Source of the DNA: Arenicellales bacterium
Lineage (GTDB): Bacteria > Pseudomonadota > Gammaproteobacteria > Arenicellales > JAANXG01
Assembly (NCBI GenBank): GCA_049583715.1
Contig: JBAUWJ010000135.1
Coordinates: 407 to 64,406, forward strand
Direction of reading: 5' to 3'
DNA: 64,000 bases
In this document: in pieces, positions 20,039-29,346 of the stretch
Layout of the letters: every line of letters begins with the position of its first letter
Numbering within the stretch: the first letter of the stretch is position 1
Made by a program: the position numbers and the translations under genes
The notes under the pieces: model-generated
Told to the model about the DNA's origin: nothing
Seen by the model: only the letters and a program-made list of their open reading frames with translations
The model's database searches: none

Positions 20039-20267
20039 GTCGGAATGAATTCCGACCCACATTTCTCTATTCAAGGCCACGGCGCCTGTGGGTCGGCTGG
20101 CCTGCGTTCCCGACGGCCTCCGGCACTCCCCACATCCGAAGTGGGTCGGCCGGACTCCGTTCCCGACGGCCTCCGGCACTCCCCACATCCGAAGTGGGTC
20201 GGCCGGGCTCCGTTCCCGACGGCCTCCGGCACTCCCCACATCCCTGTGGGTCGGAATTCATTCCGAC
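20039..20267. repeat. Composite REP element: inverted 22-mers bracketing 3 tandem copies of a 53-bp unit
   Basis: GTCGGAATGAATTCCGACCCAC (20039-20060). Unit starts at 20088, 20141 and 20194, giving a 53-bp period. GTGGGTCGGAATTCATTCCGAC (20246-20267). The copies differ only at unit positions 10-18. Confidence 0.85.
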
Positions 20268-20304
20268 TGGAAAGGACATCGGGCCGAAGGCCCGACCCCA
20301 GGAC

Positions 20305-21342
20305 TCAGCCCCTCCGCTCCGTATCGACCCCCTGAAACATCGCGCGCAAATCCACCGTGGATCGCTGTCCTATGTCATCGAAATGCTCGTCAAGCCACCG
20401 TGACGCGGTGTCCCATCCGACATCGTGCAGATGCTCGAGAAACGGCCATTCGGCGTTGAGCTTCGAGGTGGCGCCGAGCAGGTTCAGCTTCTCCTGATTG
20501 TGGACCATATGCACGCGCAGCTCCCTGTAGCCGTCTCCGTCCAGCTTCCCATCCTCCAGCAGTCGCCTCACGAAATCGATGGCGCGCAGCTCTCGCAGCA
20601 GACTGGCGTTGAAGGTGATCTCGTTGATGCGGTTCATGATTTCCTGCGCCGTGGTGGGCGTTCCCTTTCGCTCCACGGGATTGATCTGCACGATGATGAC
20701 GTCCGACGACTCGGTGCCCTGGTTGAATGGAAACAGCGAGGGATTGCCCATGTATCCGCCGTCCCAGTAGGGTACGCCGTCGATCTCGACGGCCTTGAAG
20801 ATCAGCGGCAGGCAGGTCGAGGCCATCACCATGTCGAGGGTCAGCTCTTCATGGTCGAACACCTTGACGCGTCCGGTCTCCACGTTGGTTGCCGATATGA
20901 AGAGCTTCACGCTGCCGCAGCGCCGGACATGGTCGAAATCCACCTTCGCCGCGACGATATCCCTCAAAGGATTGTAGTCCAGGGGATTGAAAAAATACGG
21001 CGAGGTCATCCGCGACATCACTTCCGACCACCAGAATCCGGGCGAGTAATCGAGGGTCCAGTTGCCCATGAATATGTCCAGAGGCGCGCGATGGATGGGA
21101 CTCCAGTTGGAGACGTCGCTGATCGCCCGCCAAAGGTCGTGCAGGCATTGCCTGGCGGCATCGGCGCCGCCGCGATCGAGGCCGTCCGCGAACGCCACCG
21201 CGTTCAGCGCGCCGGCACTGGTGCCGCTGATCGCCTCGACGTGCAGTCGCTCCTCGTCGAGCAGCCGGTCCAGGACCCCCCAGGTAAACGCCCCGTGGGC
21301 GCCTCCGCCCTGCAGGGCCAGGTTCACCGACTTGGCGGTCAC
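20305..21342 (-). CDS. Patatin-like phospholipase
   Basis: Oxyanion loop LQGGGAHGAFTWG, nucleophile elbow GTSAG, and catalytic Asp in WDGGY. Confidence 0.9.
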   Translation of the reverse strand: MTAKSVNLALQGGGAHGAFTWGVLDRLLDEERLHVEAISGTSAGALNAVAFADGLDRGGADAARQCLHDLWRAISDVSNWSPIHRAPLDIFMGNWTLDYSPGFWWSEVMSRMTSPYFFNPLDYNPLRDIVAAKVDFDHVRRCGSVKLFISATNVETGRVKVFDHEELTLDMVMASTCLPLIFKAVEIDGVPYWDGGYMGNPSLFPFNQGTESSDVIIVQINPVERKGTPTTAQEIMNRINEITFNASLLRELRAIDFVRRLLEDGKLDGDGYRELRVHMVHNQEKLNLLGATSKLNAEWPFLEHLHDVGWDTASRWLDEHFDDIGQRSTVDLRAMFQGVDTERRG

Positions 21343-21364
21343 GGGGTGTCCGGCACCGGCGACT

Positions 21365-22069
21365 TCAAGTGCCGGCTTCCCCGGCTCGGGCCGGGTTCGA
21401 TGCGACCGGCTCCGCTTTCCTTATGGTGCGATGGCGGTCGATCCAGTATCCCCACAGCACCAGCAGCCAGATCGCCTCGCCACTCCAGGCCACTGCCGCG
21501 ACGCTGGGCGGCGGCGGACCGAACATGTTGCCCAGGTTGATCAGCACCAGGAACACGATGAGCCCCCAGAAGGCGTACGTCCCCGTTCGGTCAATCGCCT
21601 TCGTCGTCCTGAGATACAGGTATATACCGGCCAGGAGCATCGCGTTCTCGACGATGAGCGTCGCGGCCATGGAATTCCACAGTCCGAGGCCAAGCCGCAG
21701 GTCGCCTCCCACGGTCACGGGCATGTCCGGGCGATGCGCCACGACATCCAGCACCCAGTGGCTCACCACGACCGCCGCGATCACCGCCGCCGCACGAGCG
21801 GGGCCGCGGCGAAGGAAGAGGTACGCTGCGCCGAATAGAATACCCCAGACCACCAGCATCTCGAGACTGTGCGAGTATGGGTAGCTGATGAAGTCGAGCG
21901 GTGCGACGACCGTAACACCGGGCTGGATCGCGACCTTCTCCACGCCGAGCAGCACCAGCGTGGGCCACAAGAGATCCGCGAATTGCGCGGCAAGAAACAA
22001 CGTGCCCAGCGAAACGGCCGGGGCGGCCCGCTTGGCACCAAGGCCGACTGCGAAGTGTCCGATGAACAT
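21365..22069 (-). CDS. Integral membrane protein, YdjM-like putative metal-dependent hydrolase
   Basis: Starts MFIGHFAVGLG (ATG 22069). Multiple TM segments and conserved His/Asp residues (SHWVLDVVAH). Family assignment rests on resemblance only. Confidence 0.55.
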   Translation of the reverse strand: MFIGHFAVGLGAKRAAPAVSLGTLFLAAQFADLLWPTLVLLGVEKVAIQPGVTVVAPLDFISYPYSHSLEMLVVWGILFGAAYLFLRRGPARAAAVIAAVVVSHWVLDVVAHRPDMPVTVGGDLRLGLGLWNSMAATLIVENAMLLAGIYLYLRTTKAIDRTGTYAFWGLIVFLVLINLGNMFGPPPPSVAAVAWSGEAIWLLVLWGYWIDRHRTIRKAEPVASNPARAGEAGT

Positions 22070-22223
22070 GATCGGCGTGCTCTGTCCGGTTGCTCCGGCC
22101 GGCGAGCCGGGCTGGCAGGCGGCGGGATGCGAGATGGTATCTCCGCGGACACGGCGCGTCCATGCCCGCCGCGGCAACGACCAAGCGAGGTCGACGCGTG
22201 TCCGCACGGTGAGTATAATCAGT

Positions 22224-22243
22224 GTCAATCGTTGTCAATCGTT
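22224..22243. repeat. Tandem decamer GTCAATCGTT x2, immediately downstream of a TATAAT hexamer (22214-22219)
   Basis: Read directly from the sequence. Located in the 450-bp divergent region between the membrane hydrolase and aldo/keto reductase genes. Confidence 0.6.
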
Positions 22244-22522
22244 TCACCGGGCGCCAACCCGTGGCCCTCGGCGAACGTGTCCCGGTGGGCGGACACGCCC
22301 TGCCGAATCGCTGGCCGCAGCGCCGATCCCGCATCAGTCGGTTCGACGTCAACTCATCGACCCCGCGGCCACGCCGCCAGGCGCCCGCTTCCGGCGGACG
22401 GTGCCGTCATGCCCTCGCACCGAGAGCTCTTCGCGCTTCCCGCCGCCGGGCCTGTCCCCGGCCAGCGACCGCTGCCGTTCGCGATGGTCGATGATCAAGC
22501 TTTTCTACCGGAGAAACATCCC

Positions 22523-23563
22523 ATGAAATACGACACGCTCGGAAATACCGGTCTCTTCATCTCCAGGCTCTGCATGGGAGCGATGACTTTCGGCGGCAAG
22601 GGCTTCTGGGGGACGATCGGCCAGCTCGGACAGGAGGAAGCGTCGCGGCTGGTCCATCGCTGCCTGGACGCGGGCATCAATTTCTTCGATACCGCGAACG
22701 TGTACTCTTTTGGCGAATCCGAGACCATGCTGGGCGAAGCCCTGAAGGGCCGGCGCGACGGCGTCGTGCTGGCAACCAAGGTGCGAGGCAGGATGGGGGA
22801 CGGGCCCAACGACGTCGGATTGTCCCGAAAGCATATCTTCGAGCAGGTGCACGGCAGTCTCGAGCGCCTGCAGACGGACTATATCGATCTGTACCAGATC
22901 CACGGCTACGATCCCGCGACGCCCCTCGACGAAACACTGCGCGCCCTGGATGATCTGGTCCATCAGGGAAAGGTCCGCTGCATCGGCGCGAGCAACCTGG
23001 CGGCCTGGCAACTGATGAAAGCCCTCGGTATCTCGCAGCGCCTGGAGCTGGCCAGGTTCGAATCCCTGCAGGCTTACTACACCATCGCCGGCCGGGACCT
23101 CGAGCGTGAGCTCGCGCCTTTGCTCCGGGACCAGCGGCTCGGCTTGATGGTCTGGAGCCCGCTGGCGGGCGGCCTGTTGAGCGGCAAGTTCAGCCGTGAG
23201 GGAAGCGGGCCTGAAGGCGCGCGCCGGTCGGGGTTCGACTTCCCGCCCGTCGACAAGGAGCGGGCCTTCAACGTCATCGACGTGATGAAGCCCATGGCGG
23301 AAGACCGCGGCGTATCGGTGGCCAACATCGCGCTGGCCTGGCTGCTGCACCAGGACGTCGTCACCGCCGTCATCATCGGCGCCAAGGACATGACACAGCT
23401 CGACGACAACCTGAAAGCCGTGGACGTCGAGCTCACCGCGAGCGAGCTCGAGAGCCTCGACGAGGTCAGCGCGCTGCCGCCGGAATACCCGCAGTGGATG
23501 CTTGCCAGGCAAAGCCGCGGCCGGGGCCCGGGAGAGACTTCGGCGATCGACAGGAATCGATAG
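22523..23563 (+). CDS. Aldo/keto reductase
   Basis: MKYDTLGNTGLFISRLCMGAMTFGG...GINFFDTANVYSFGESE...IDLYQIHGYD...VRCIGASN. Start taken at ATG 22523; the upstream 218 codons of the track ORF are an artefact. Confidence 0.9.
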   Translation: MKYDTLGNTGLFISRLCMGAMTFGGKGFWGTIGQLGQEEASRLVHRCLDAGINFFDTANVYSFGESETMLGEALKGRRDGVVLATKVRGRMGDGPNDVGLSRKHIFEQVHGSLERLQTDYIDLYQIHGYDPATPLDETLRALDDLVHQGKVRCIGASNLAAWQLMKALGISQRLELARFESLQAYYTIAGRDLERELAPLLRDQRLGLMVWSPLAGGLLSGKFSREGSGPEGARRSGFDFPPVDKERAFNVIDVMKPMAEDRGVSVANIALAWLLHQDVVTAVIIGAKDMTQLDDNLKAVDVELTASELESLDEVSALPPEYPQWMLARQSRGRGPGETSAIDRNR

Positions 23564-23651
23564 CACCCCCGAGCGCGTCGGGTGGTCCCGTCTCCCGGCG
23601 CTGATGAAAAAGAAGTCGAACAAAGCATTCCCCTCCCGCTGGTGCGAGAGA

Positions 23652-23714
23652 CAGGGTGAGGGTGGTCCCAAACACCGCCCCCTCACCCCTGCCCTCTCCC
23701 GGAGGGAGAGGGAG
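23652..23714. repeat. Double hairpin of the CCCTCACCC / CCCTCTCCC REP family; possible bidirectional terminator
   Basis: CAGGGTGAGGG (23652-23662) pairs with CCCTCACCCCTG (23680-23691). CCCTCTCCC-gga-GGGAGAGGG spans 23692-23712. Lies between convergent genes. Confidence 0.55.
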
Positions 23715-23763
23715 TAATGTCCTCACGGTCGCGACTGACTCCGTTGCCCCCAGGGTGCGACTC

Positions 23764-25044
23764 TCAGCGTCGCGCCTTCTCGTGCTCGGTCGCGGCGAGA
23801 AGCAAGCACACGGCGATGCCTTCCGCCGCCTGACGCACCTCCTCCAGTGCCGGGAAGGTCGGGGCAACGCGCAGGTGGCGGTCCTCCGGGTCCCGGCCGT
23901 AGGGGAAGGCGGCGCCTGCCGGCGTCAACACCAGGCCTGCGTCCTTCGCCAGCTCGACGACGCGCCGGGCGGTGCCCGCCGGCCCGTCGACACTGATGAA
24001 GTAGCCGCCCTTGGGCCGGGTCCAGCGGGCGACCTCGGGCTCGCGAAGCAGTCTGTCGAAGGCGTCCTCTACCGCCCCGAACTTGGGCGCCATGATCTGC
24101 CGGTGCGCGTCCATCAACCGGTGCAGCGCTTCGAGATCGGGGATCAGACGGGCATGGCGAAGCTGGTTGATCTTGTCCGGCCCGATGGTGCGCGCGCTCA
24201 TCCGTTCGAGGAGCCATTTCACATTGGCCGGCGAGGCGGCGACAGCGGCCATGCCACCGCCGGCAAAGGTGATCTTCGAGGTGGAGCCGAACATCAAGGC
24301 GCGGTTGGCGTTGCCGGCCCGCTCACAGGCCTCGAGCAGATTGGCGATCTCGACGCGCTCCGACGTCAGGTGATGCACTGCGTAGGCGTTGTCCCAGAAG
24401 ATCCGGAAGTCCGGCGCGGCGGTGCGCATTTCCGCGAGACGATGGACCACTTCGTCGGAATAGATCGCGCCGCTGGGATTAGAGTACTTGGGCACGCACC
24501 AGATTCCCTTGACGGCCGGGTCCGCATTGACCCGCGATTCGACCTCGTCCATGTCCGGCCCCTGCTCGTCCATGGACACATTGATCATTTCGATCCCGAG
24601 CGCCTCGCAGATGGTGAAATGCCGGTCATAGCCCGGCACGGGACAGAGGAACTTGACCGCGCCCCGGCCCCAGGGCTCCGGACTGTCCGGGTTGCCCTCG
24701 AGCAGAGAGAAGGCGATATGGTCGTGCATCAACGCGAGGCTGGCGTTGCCGGCAACGATAACGTTCTCCGGCGCCGCCCCGAGTATCTCGCCGAAAAGTC
24801 CGCGAACCTCGGCCAGCCCGGTCAGGCCGCCGTAGTTGCGGCAGTCGGTGCCGTCGCTGGCGGTATGATTCCCGCCGCCGGGCAGATCGAGAAGCGCTTC
24901 CGCCAGGTCGAGCTGTTCCGGGGCCGGCTTGCCCCGCGCCATATTCAGGGACAGGCCGCGGGACTTGAAAGCCGTGTACTGCTCACGGACCTGCGCGTGC
25001 AAGTCGTCGAGGTCCTGCTTGCCGAGGTCGGTTAGTCTCGTCAT
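23764..25044 (-). CDS. Aspartate aminotransferase, class Ic (Corynebacterium AspT-like, PF12897-type)
   Basis: LNMARGKPAPEQLDL, DGTDCRNYGG, CPVPGYDRHF, WDNAYAVHHL and STSKITFAGGG (PLP Lys) closely track my recollection of the C. glutamicum AspT sequence. Start is ATG 25044 or GTG 25059. Confidence 0.8.
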   Translation of the reverse strand: MTRLTDLGKQDLDDLHAQVREQYTAFKSRGLSLNMARGKPAPEQLDLAEALLDLPGGGNHTASDGTDCRNYGGLTGLAEVRGLFGEILGAAPENVIVAGNASLALMHDHIAFSLLEGNPDSPEPWGRGAVKFLCPVPGYDRHFTICEALGIEMINVSMDEQGPDMDEVESRVNADPAVKGIWCVPKYSNPSGAIYSDEVVHRLAEMRTAAPDFRIFWDNAYAVHHLTSERVEIANLLEACERAGNANRALMFGSTSKITFAGGGMAAVAASPANVKWLLERMSARTIGPDKINQLRHARLIPDLEALHRLMDAHRQIMAPKFGAVEDAFDRLLREPEVARWTRPKGGYFISVDGPAGTARRVVELAKDAGLVLTPAGAAFPYGRDPEDRHLRVAPTFPALEEVRQAAEGIAVCLLLAATEHEKARR

Positions 25045-25198
25045 TTCCGGGGGTTTCACCGTCTGGAAGTCTGAGCGGCACTGTCGCCGCGTTCGGTGCG
25101 CATCTTAGCAAGATGCCACGGCACGCGCTGTCCCGTGGAAGCGTACACGCGAGAGGAGGCTGGTCGGCTGTGCACGGCGGGAGCGACGGATCATCGGG

Positions 25199-26347
25199 CT
25201 ATTCCCGCTCGGCCAGCGGTACGTACTCTCGCGGCGCGGGGCCGTTATAGGCGGTAAGCGGCCTTATGAGTATGTTGCCGTCCATCTGCTCCAGCACTTG
25301 CGCGGTCCAACCCGGCACGCGGCCCACGGCGAACAGCGGTACGAACAGGCTGCGCGGGATACCGTGCAGGTAGTAGACGACGCCCGAGTAGAAGTCGACG
25401 TTGACATTCACGCCGTGACGGGAGTAGGGCTTCATGGCCTCCACCACCGCTTCCAGAATCCGGTACCACTTCGGCTCGCCCATTTCCTCCGACAATAACC
25501 TCACGCCCTCGCGCATGTGCCGGGCGCGCGGGTCTTCGGTGCGGTACACCCTGTGGCCGAAGCCCGTTACCGGCTCGCGGGCGGCCCGCTTGCGGCGAAC
25601 GTACTCCGCCGCGTTCTCCGGCTCGCCGATCTCCTCGGCCATGCGCATGACGTCCTCCGCTGCGCCGCCGTGGGCCGGACCCGAGAGGGCGGCGACCGCC
25701 GCGGTGATCGCCGCATGCAGGGTCGCGTTGGTACCGGTCACCACACGTGCCGTGAAGGAGGAGGCATTCGACCCGTGCTCCGCGTGGAGCACCAGGTCCT
25801 TGTCGAGCAGGCGGCCGGCATTCTCGCTGGGACGGCTGCCGGTGAGCATGTAGAGCAGGTTGCCGGCATGGCCGAGCCCCATGTCCGGTGGGACGGGATC
25901 GCGACCGTTGCGGATCTGCTCGTGCGCGGCGACGATCATCGGCACCTGGGCGGTCAAGCGCACGCCCTTGCGCACCGTCGCCTCCCGCGAGGTGTCCGCA
26001 GCTTCCGGGTCGTAGGCGGCCAGGGCCGAAGCCGCGGTGCGGAGCACGTCCATGGGGTGCGCTCCCCGGATCCGGCGAATGATGTCGAGCACATCGCCCG
26101 GCAGCGTCCGGGCACCCTTGAGCGAATCATCGAACGCGCTCAACTGGCGGCCGGTGGGCAGCTCACCATGGATCAGCAGATAAGCAGTCTCCTCGAATGT
26201 GGACCACTCGGCAAGGTCATGAATCGAATATCCGCGGTATCGCAGCTCGCCGCGGCGGCCGTCTATGTCGGCGATTCCCGAGCGGTCGAAGTAGACGTCT
26301 TTCAACCCTCGGTGAATCCTGACGCTCTGTTCATCAGGCATGTTCAC
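25199..26347 (-). CDS. Citrate synthase, small (about 380 aa) type-I / 2-methylcitrate-synthase-like form
   Basis: Citrate synthase signature [14 protein letters not shown], plus [11 protein letters not shown]. 382 aa. Confidence 0.9.
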   Translation of the reverse strand: MNMPDEQSVRIHRGLKDVYFDRSGIADIDGRRGELRYRGYSIHDLAEWSTFEETAYLLIHGELPTGRQLSAFDDSLKGARTLPGDVLDIIRRIRGAHPMDVLRTAASALAAYDPEAADTSREATVRKGVRLTAQVPMIVAAHEQIRNGRDPVPPDMGLGHAGNLLYMLTGSRPSENAGRLLDKDLVLHAEHGSNASSFTARVVTGTNATLHAAITAAVAALSGPAHGGAAEDVMRMAEEIGEPENAAEYVRRKRAAREPVTGFGHRVYRTEDPRARHMREGVRLLSEEMGEPKWYRILEAVVEAMKPYSRHGVNVNVDFYSGVVYYLHGIPRSLFVPLFAVGRVPGWTAQVLEQMDGNILIRPLTAYNGPAPREYVPLAERE

Positions 26348-26533
26348 ACTCTCTTTTCAGTGGCTACTTGGTTTGCTTTTCAGACGCATGTTGTCGCGTC
26401 GTGCGATAATGTCGCCGGAAACCGTAAGATCACAGGTGTGACCTGCACGGCGGCGTGTGTCCCCGCTCTCCTTTGTGCCGGTCGCAGACACGAACACCCC
26501 GAGCGCGAACCGGGACTCCACGCAAGGGAGACG

Positions 26534-27532
26534 ATGACATCGATTGACGACGTCGAGGCAGGCGTGTCGCCGCAACCCGGTCGCGTGGTCCTCCCGGAGA
26601 GCTTCGATGAGCGAATCCTGCGGGCCGCCGAACGTCTTGCCGAGGGCGGGACGATACGGCCGGTGCTGCTTGGTGCGCGGGCGGACCTGGGACGGGCCGC
26701 GAGTGCCATCGGCGTAAGCCTCGACCACGTCGATGTCGTCGATCCCGATGAAGGCGATCTCCTCGACGGGTATGCCGAGGCTTACACACAAGGTCGTCCC
26801 CGCACCAACGCGGGTATGGCACGGCGTTTGCTCAAACGGCCTCTGTATTTCGGCGGCATGATGGTCAAGCTGGGCGATGCCGAGGCCATGCTCGGGGGCG
26901 CCGCGAGCCCCACGCGGCGGGTCATCGAGGCGGGCCTGCTCACCACAGGCCTCGCTGCAGGGATCACGACTCCGTCGAGCTTCTTCCTGATGCTCGTGCC
27001 CGGCTTCCGCGGGCAGGAAACCGCACGACTCATATTCTCGGACTGTGCCGTGAACATCGACCCGAGCGCCGAGGACCTGGCGGCCATCGCCCTGGCATCG
27101 GCCGACACCGCGCGCAGGCTGCTCAACGAGGAACCCCGCGTCGCACTGCTCTCCTTCTCCACGCACGGCAGTGCACACCATCGACTCGCGGATAAGGTCA
27201 GGGAGGCGCTGGCGATCGCCCGGAATCGAGCGCCGGGTCTTGCCATCGACGGTGAGCTCCAGGCCGACGCGGCGCTGATACCACGGATCGCCGCCCGCAA
27301 GGTTTCCGGCGAAAGCCCGGTCGCGGGCCGTGCCAACGTACTGGTGTTCCCCGATCTCAACGCCGGCAACATCGCCTACAAGCTGCTCCAGCACCTCGGT
27401 GGTGCCACTGCCCTCGGACCCGTGCTCCAGGGCTTCGCCCGCCCTTTGTCCGACTTGTCACGGGGAGCCGATATTGAAGACATCATCGCCACCGCGCGCA
27501 TCGTGCTCGCCATGGGGCGCGACACTTCATGA
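26534..27532 (+). CDS. pta: Phosphate acetyltransferase (short, PTA_PTB-domain-only form)
   Basis: [14 protein letters not shown]...[10 protein letters not shown]...[10 protein letters not shown]...[18 protein letters not shown]. Start taken at ATG 26534 with AAGGGAGA upstream. Confidence 0.9.
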   Translation: MTSIDDVEAGVSPQPGRVVLPESFDERILRAAERLAEGGTIRPVLLGARADLGRAASAIGVSLDHVDVVDPDEGDLLDGYAEAYTQGRPRTNAGMARRLLKRPLYFGGMMVKLGDAEAMLGGAASPTRRVIEAGLLTTGLAAGITTPSSFFLMLVPGFRGQETARLIFSDCAVNIDPSAEDLAAIALASADTARRLLNEEPRVALLSFSTHGSAHHRLADKVREALAIARNRAPGLAIDGELQADAALIPRIAARKVSGESPVAGRANVLVFPDLNAGNIAYKLLQHLGGATALGPVLQGFARPLSDLSRGADIEDIIATARIVLAMGRDTS

Positions 27533-27592
27533 GGCTCCGGCGGGATCCGGCAACCGCCAACGAGGTCATCGCTGCCCGATCGACGGATGCGT

Positions 27593-28474
27593 CTACACCT
27601 TGCCCTTCCAGGGCACGAGTGCGCGCTCGAGGTAGCGCATGAACAGGTCGAACGCGTAGGCGATGGCGCCGATGACGACGATGCCCACGATGACCACGTC
27701 GGTCACCAGGAAATCCGCGGCCTGCTGAATCATGGCACCCAGGCCACGCTGTGCCGCTACCAGCTCGGCGGCAACCAGGGTGGTCCAGCCGAAGCCGATG
27801 CCGATGCGCATGCCGGTCAGAATCTCGGGCATCGCCCCCTTGACGATGACGTGCCAGATGACCTGCCAGCGGCTCGCCCCCATGGAATAGGCGGCGTGGA
27901 TCTGCTCTATCGAGACCGAGCGCACGCCGGCGCGCGTGTTGAGCACCATCGGCGCGAAGATGGCCAGAAAGATGACCCCGATCTTGTTGAGCTCGCCGAT
28001 GCCGAACCAGATGATCATCAGCGGCAGATAGGCGAGCGGCGGTATCGGTCGGTAGAACTCGATTATCGGATCGAACATCCCCCGCGCCACGCGGTTGACA
28101 CCCATAAGTATGCCGATGGGAATCGCGGTCACGCAGGACAGAAAGAATGCGGAGAACACGCGCACGAAGCTCGCCCAGGTGTGCTGCCACAGCGTCGCGC
28201 CACCGAAGCCCTCGGTGGCAACGTTGACGAGACGATGGAAAATGACGATGGGCGACGGCAGAAAGAGGGGACGGATCAGGTGGAAGACCGCAGTCGCGAG
28301 GTACCAGAGTACGAACAACGTCACGGTGCTGGCCACGCTGATCGCGACGCTGCGGCCCTGCCCGGGTGCTCCGTAGGAGTCGCCCGCCTTCGCGGGACCC
28401 TTGGCAAACAATCCACTCAGAAAGCTGAACAAGGATCCGCTAGGCTTGTCGGCGTTGACGCTGTTGTTGGCCAT
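27593..28474 (-). CDS. tauC: Taurine ABC transporter permease
   Basis: Six-TM BPD-type permease of the nitrate/sulfonate/taurine type. Operonic with tauA and tauB. Confidence 0.85.
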   Translation of the reverse strand: MANNSVNADKPSGSLFSFLSGLFAKGPAKAGDSYGAPGQGRSVAISVASTVTLFVLWYLATAVFHLIRPLFLPSPIVIFHRLVNVATEGFGGATLWQHTWASFVRVFSAFFLSCVTAIPIGILMGVNRVARGMFDPIIEFYRPIPPLAYLPLMIIWFGIGELNKIGVIFLAIFAPMVLNTRAGVRSVSIEQIHAAYSMGASRWQVIWHVIVKGAMPEILTGMRIGIGFGWTTLVAAELVAAQRGLGAMIQQAADFLVTDVVIVGIVVIGAIAYAFDLFMRYLERALVPWKGKV

Positions 28475-29270
28475 CGCTTTCCCCCGCGGAGCGTTCGTCG
28501 CCGTAGATGATGCTGAGGACGGCTTCCCGCATCTTGATGAATTCCGGACTCGACTTCACCGCGCGCGCATCGCGGCATTCGAAGAAGCGTTGCTGGAAGT
28601 CGAGGTCGTAGCTGTGGGTGATACGCCCGGGGCGCGGCGACATGACGATCAGCCGGGTCGCCATGAACAAAGCCTCCTCGACGCTGTGGGTGATGAAGAA
28701 CACCATCTTCGCCGTCTCACGCCACACGTCGAGCACCAGCTCCTGCATGGATTCGCGGGTCAGCGCATCGAGCGCGCCGAGAGGCTCGTCCATCAGCAAC
28801 ATCGCCGGGTCGCTCGTGAGCGCACGCGCCATGCCGACCCGTTGTTGCATGCCGCCGGAGAGTTGATAAATGGGATGATGATCGAATCCCTCCAGGCCGA
28901 CGAGCGCCAGGTTCTTGGCGGCGATCTCGCGCCGCTTGGCCCTGGCGACGCCCTGCAGCTTCAAACCGAACTCGACGTTCTGGAGCACGTCGAGCCAGGG
29001 CATCAGAGCATGCTTCTGGAACACCACCCCGCGATCGGCGCCGGGGCCCGTAATCATCCGCTCATCGAGCAGGATGCTGCCCTGGCTGGGGGCGATGAAG
29101 CCCGCCATCAGATTGAGCAAAGTGGTCTTGCCGCAGCCCGACGCACCCAGGGCTACGACGAATTCGCGGTCTTCGATGGAGAGGTTTATTCCCTCCAGGG
29201 CATGAACCTCCTCACCGGGGCGCCGCCCCGGATAAATGACTGCAGCATCTTGGACCCGCAGTGTGGTCAT
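28440..29270 (-). CDS. tauB: Taurine ABC transporter ATP-binding protein
   Basis: Walker [10 protein letters not shown], signature LSGGMQQRV, Walker B LLMDEP. Start taken at ATG 29270. Confidence 0.85.
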   Translation of the reverse strand: MTTLRVQDAAVIYPGRRPGEEVHALEGINLSIEDREFVVALGASGCGKTTLLNLMAGFIAPSQGSILLDERMITGPGADRGVVFQKHALMPWLDVLQNVEFGLKLQGVARAKRREIAAKNLALVGLEGFDHHPIYQLSGGMQQRVGMARALTSDPAMLLMDEPLGALDALTRESMQELVLDVWRETAKMVFFITHSVEEALFMATRLIVMSPRPGRITHSYDLDFQQRFFECRDARAVKSSPEFIKMREAVLSIIYGDERSAGESDGQQQRQRRQA

Positions 29271-29346
29271 GGCTCGCGCGGCTATGTGGGCGGCAGGGAG
29301 AAGGGAGGGCCCGACCCGCATCGCGGATCGGGCCCAAACAGGTTCC

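Noticed and set aside
18540-20060. 5' extension that turns the LOG gene into a 688-aa protein
   Set aside because: The extension is antisense to the glycerate kinase gene and lacks motifs. The LOG domain is complete from ATG 18539 (181 aa, the typical size). The same logic was applied to the long 5' extensions of the track ORFs at 21869, 25517, 29347, 38480, 40555, 51251 and 54626.
20088-20245. Possible CRISPR array (regularly repeated units)
   Set aside because: The 53-bp units are directly abutting with no unique spacers. There are only three copies. No cas genes are present. The units are bracketed by REP-type inverted repeats.
26430-26445. TCACA-GG-TGTGA inverted repeat in the citrate synthase / pta divergent region, considered as a CRP-type site
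   Set aside because: The half-sites are in the wrong order and spacing for CRP/FNR (TGTGA-N6-TCACA). A 5-bp inverted repeat is too short to be meaningful on its own.
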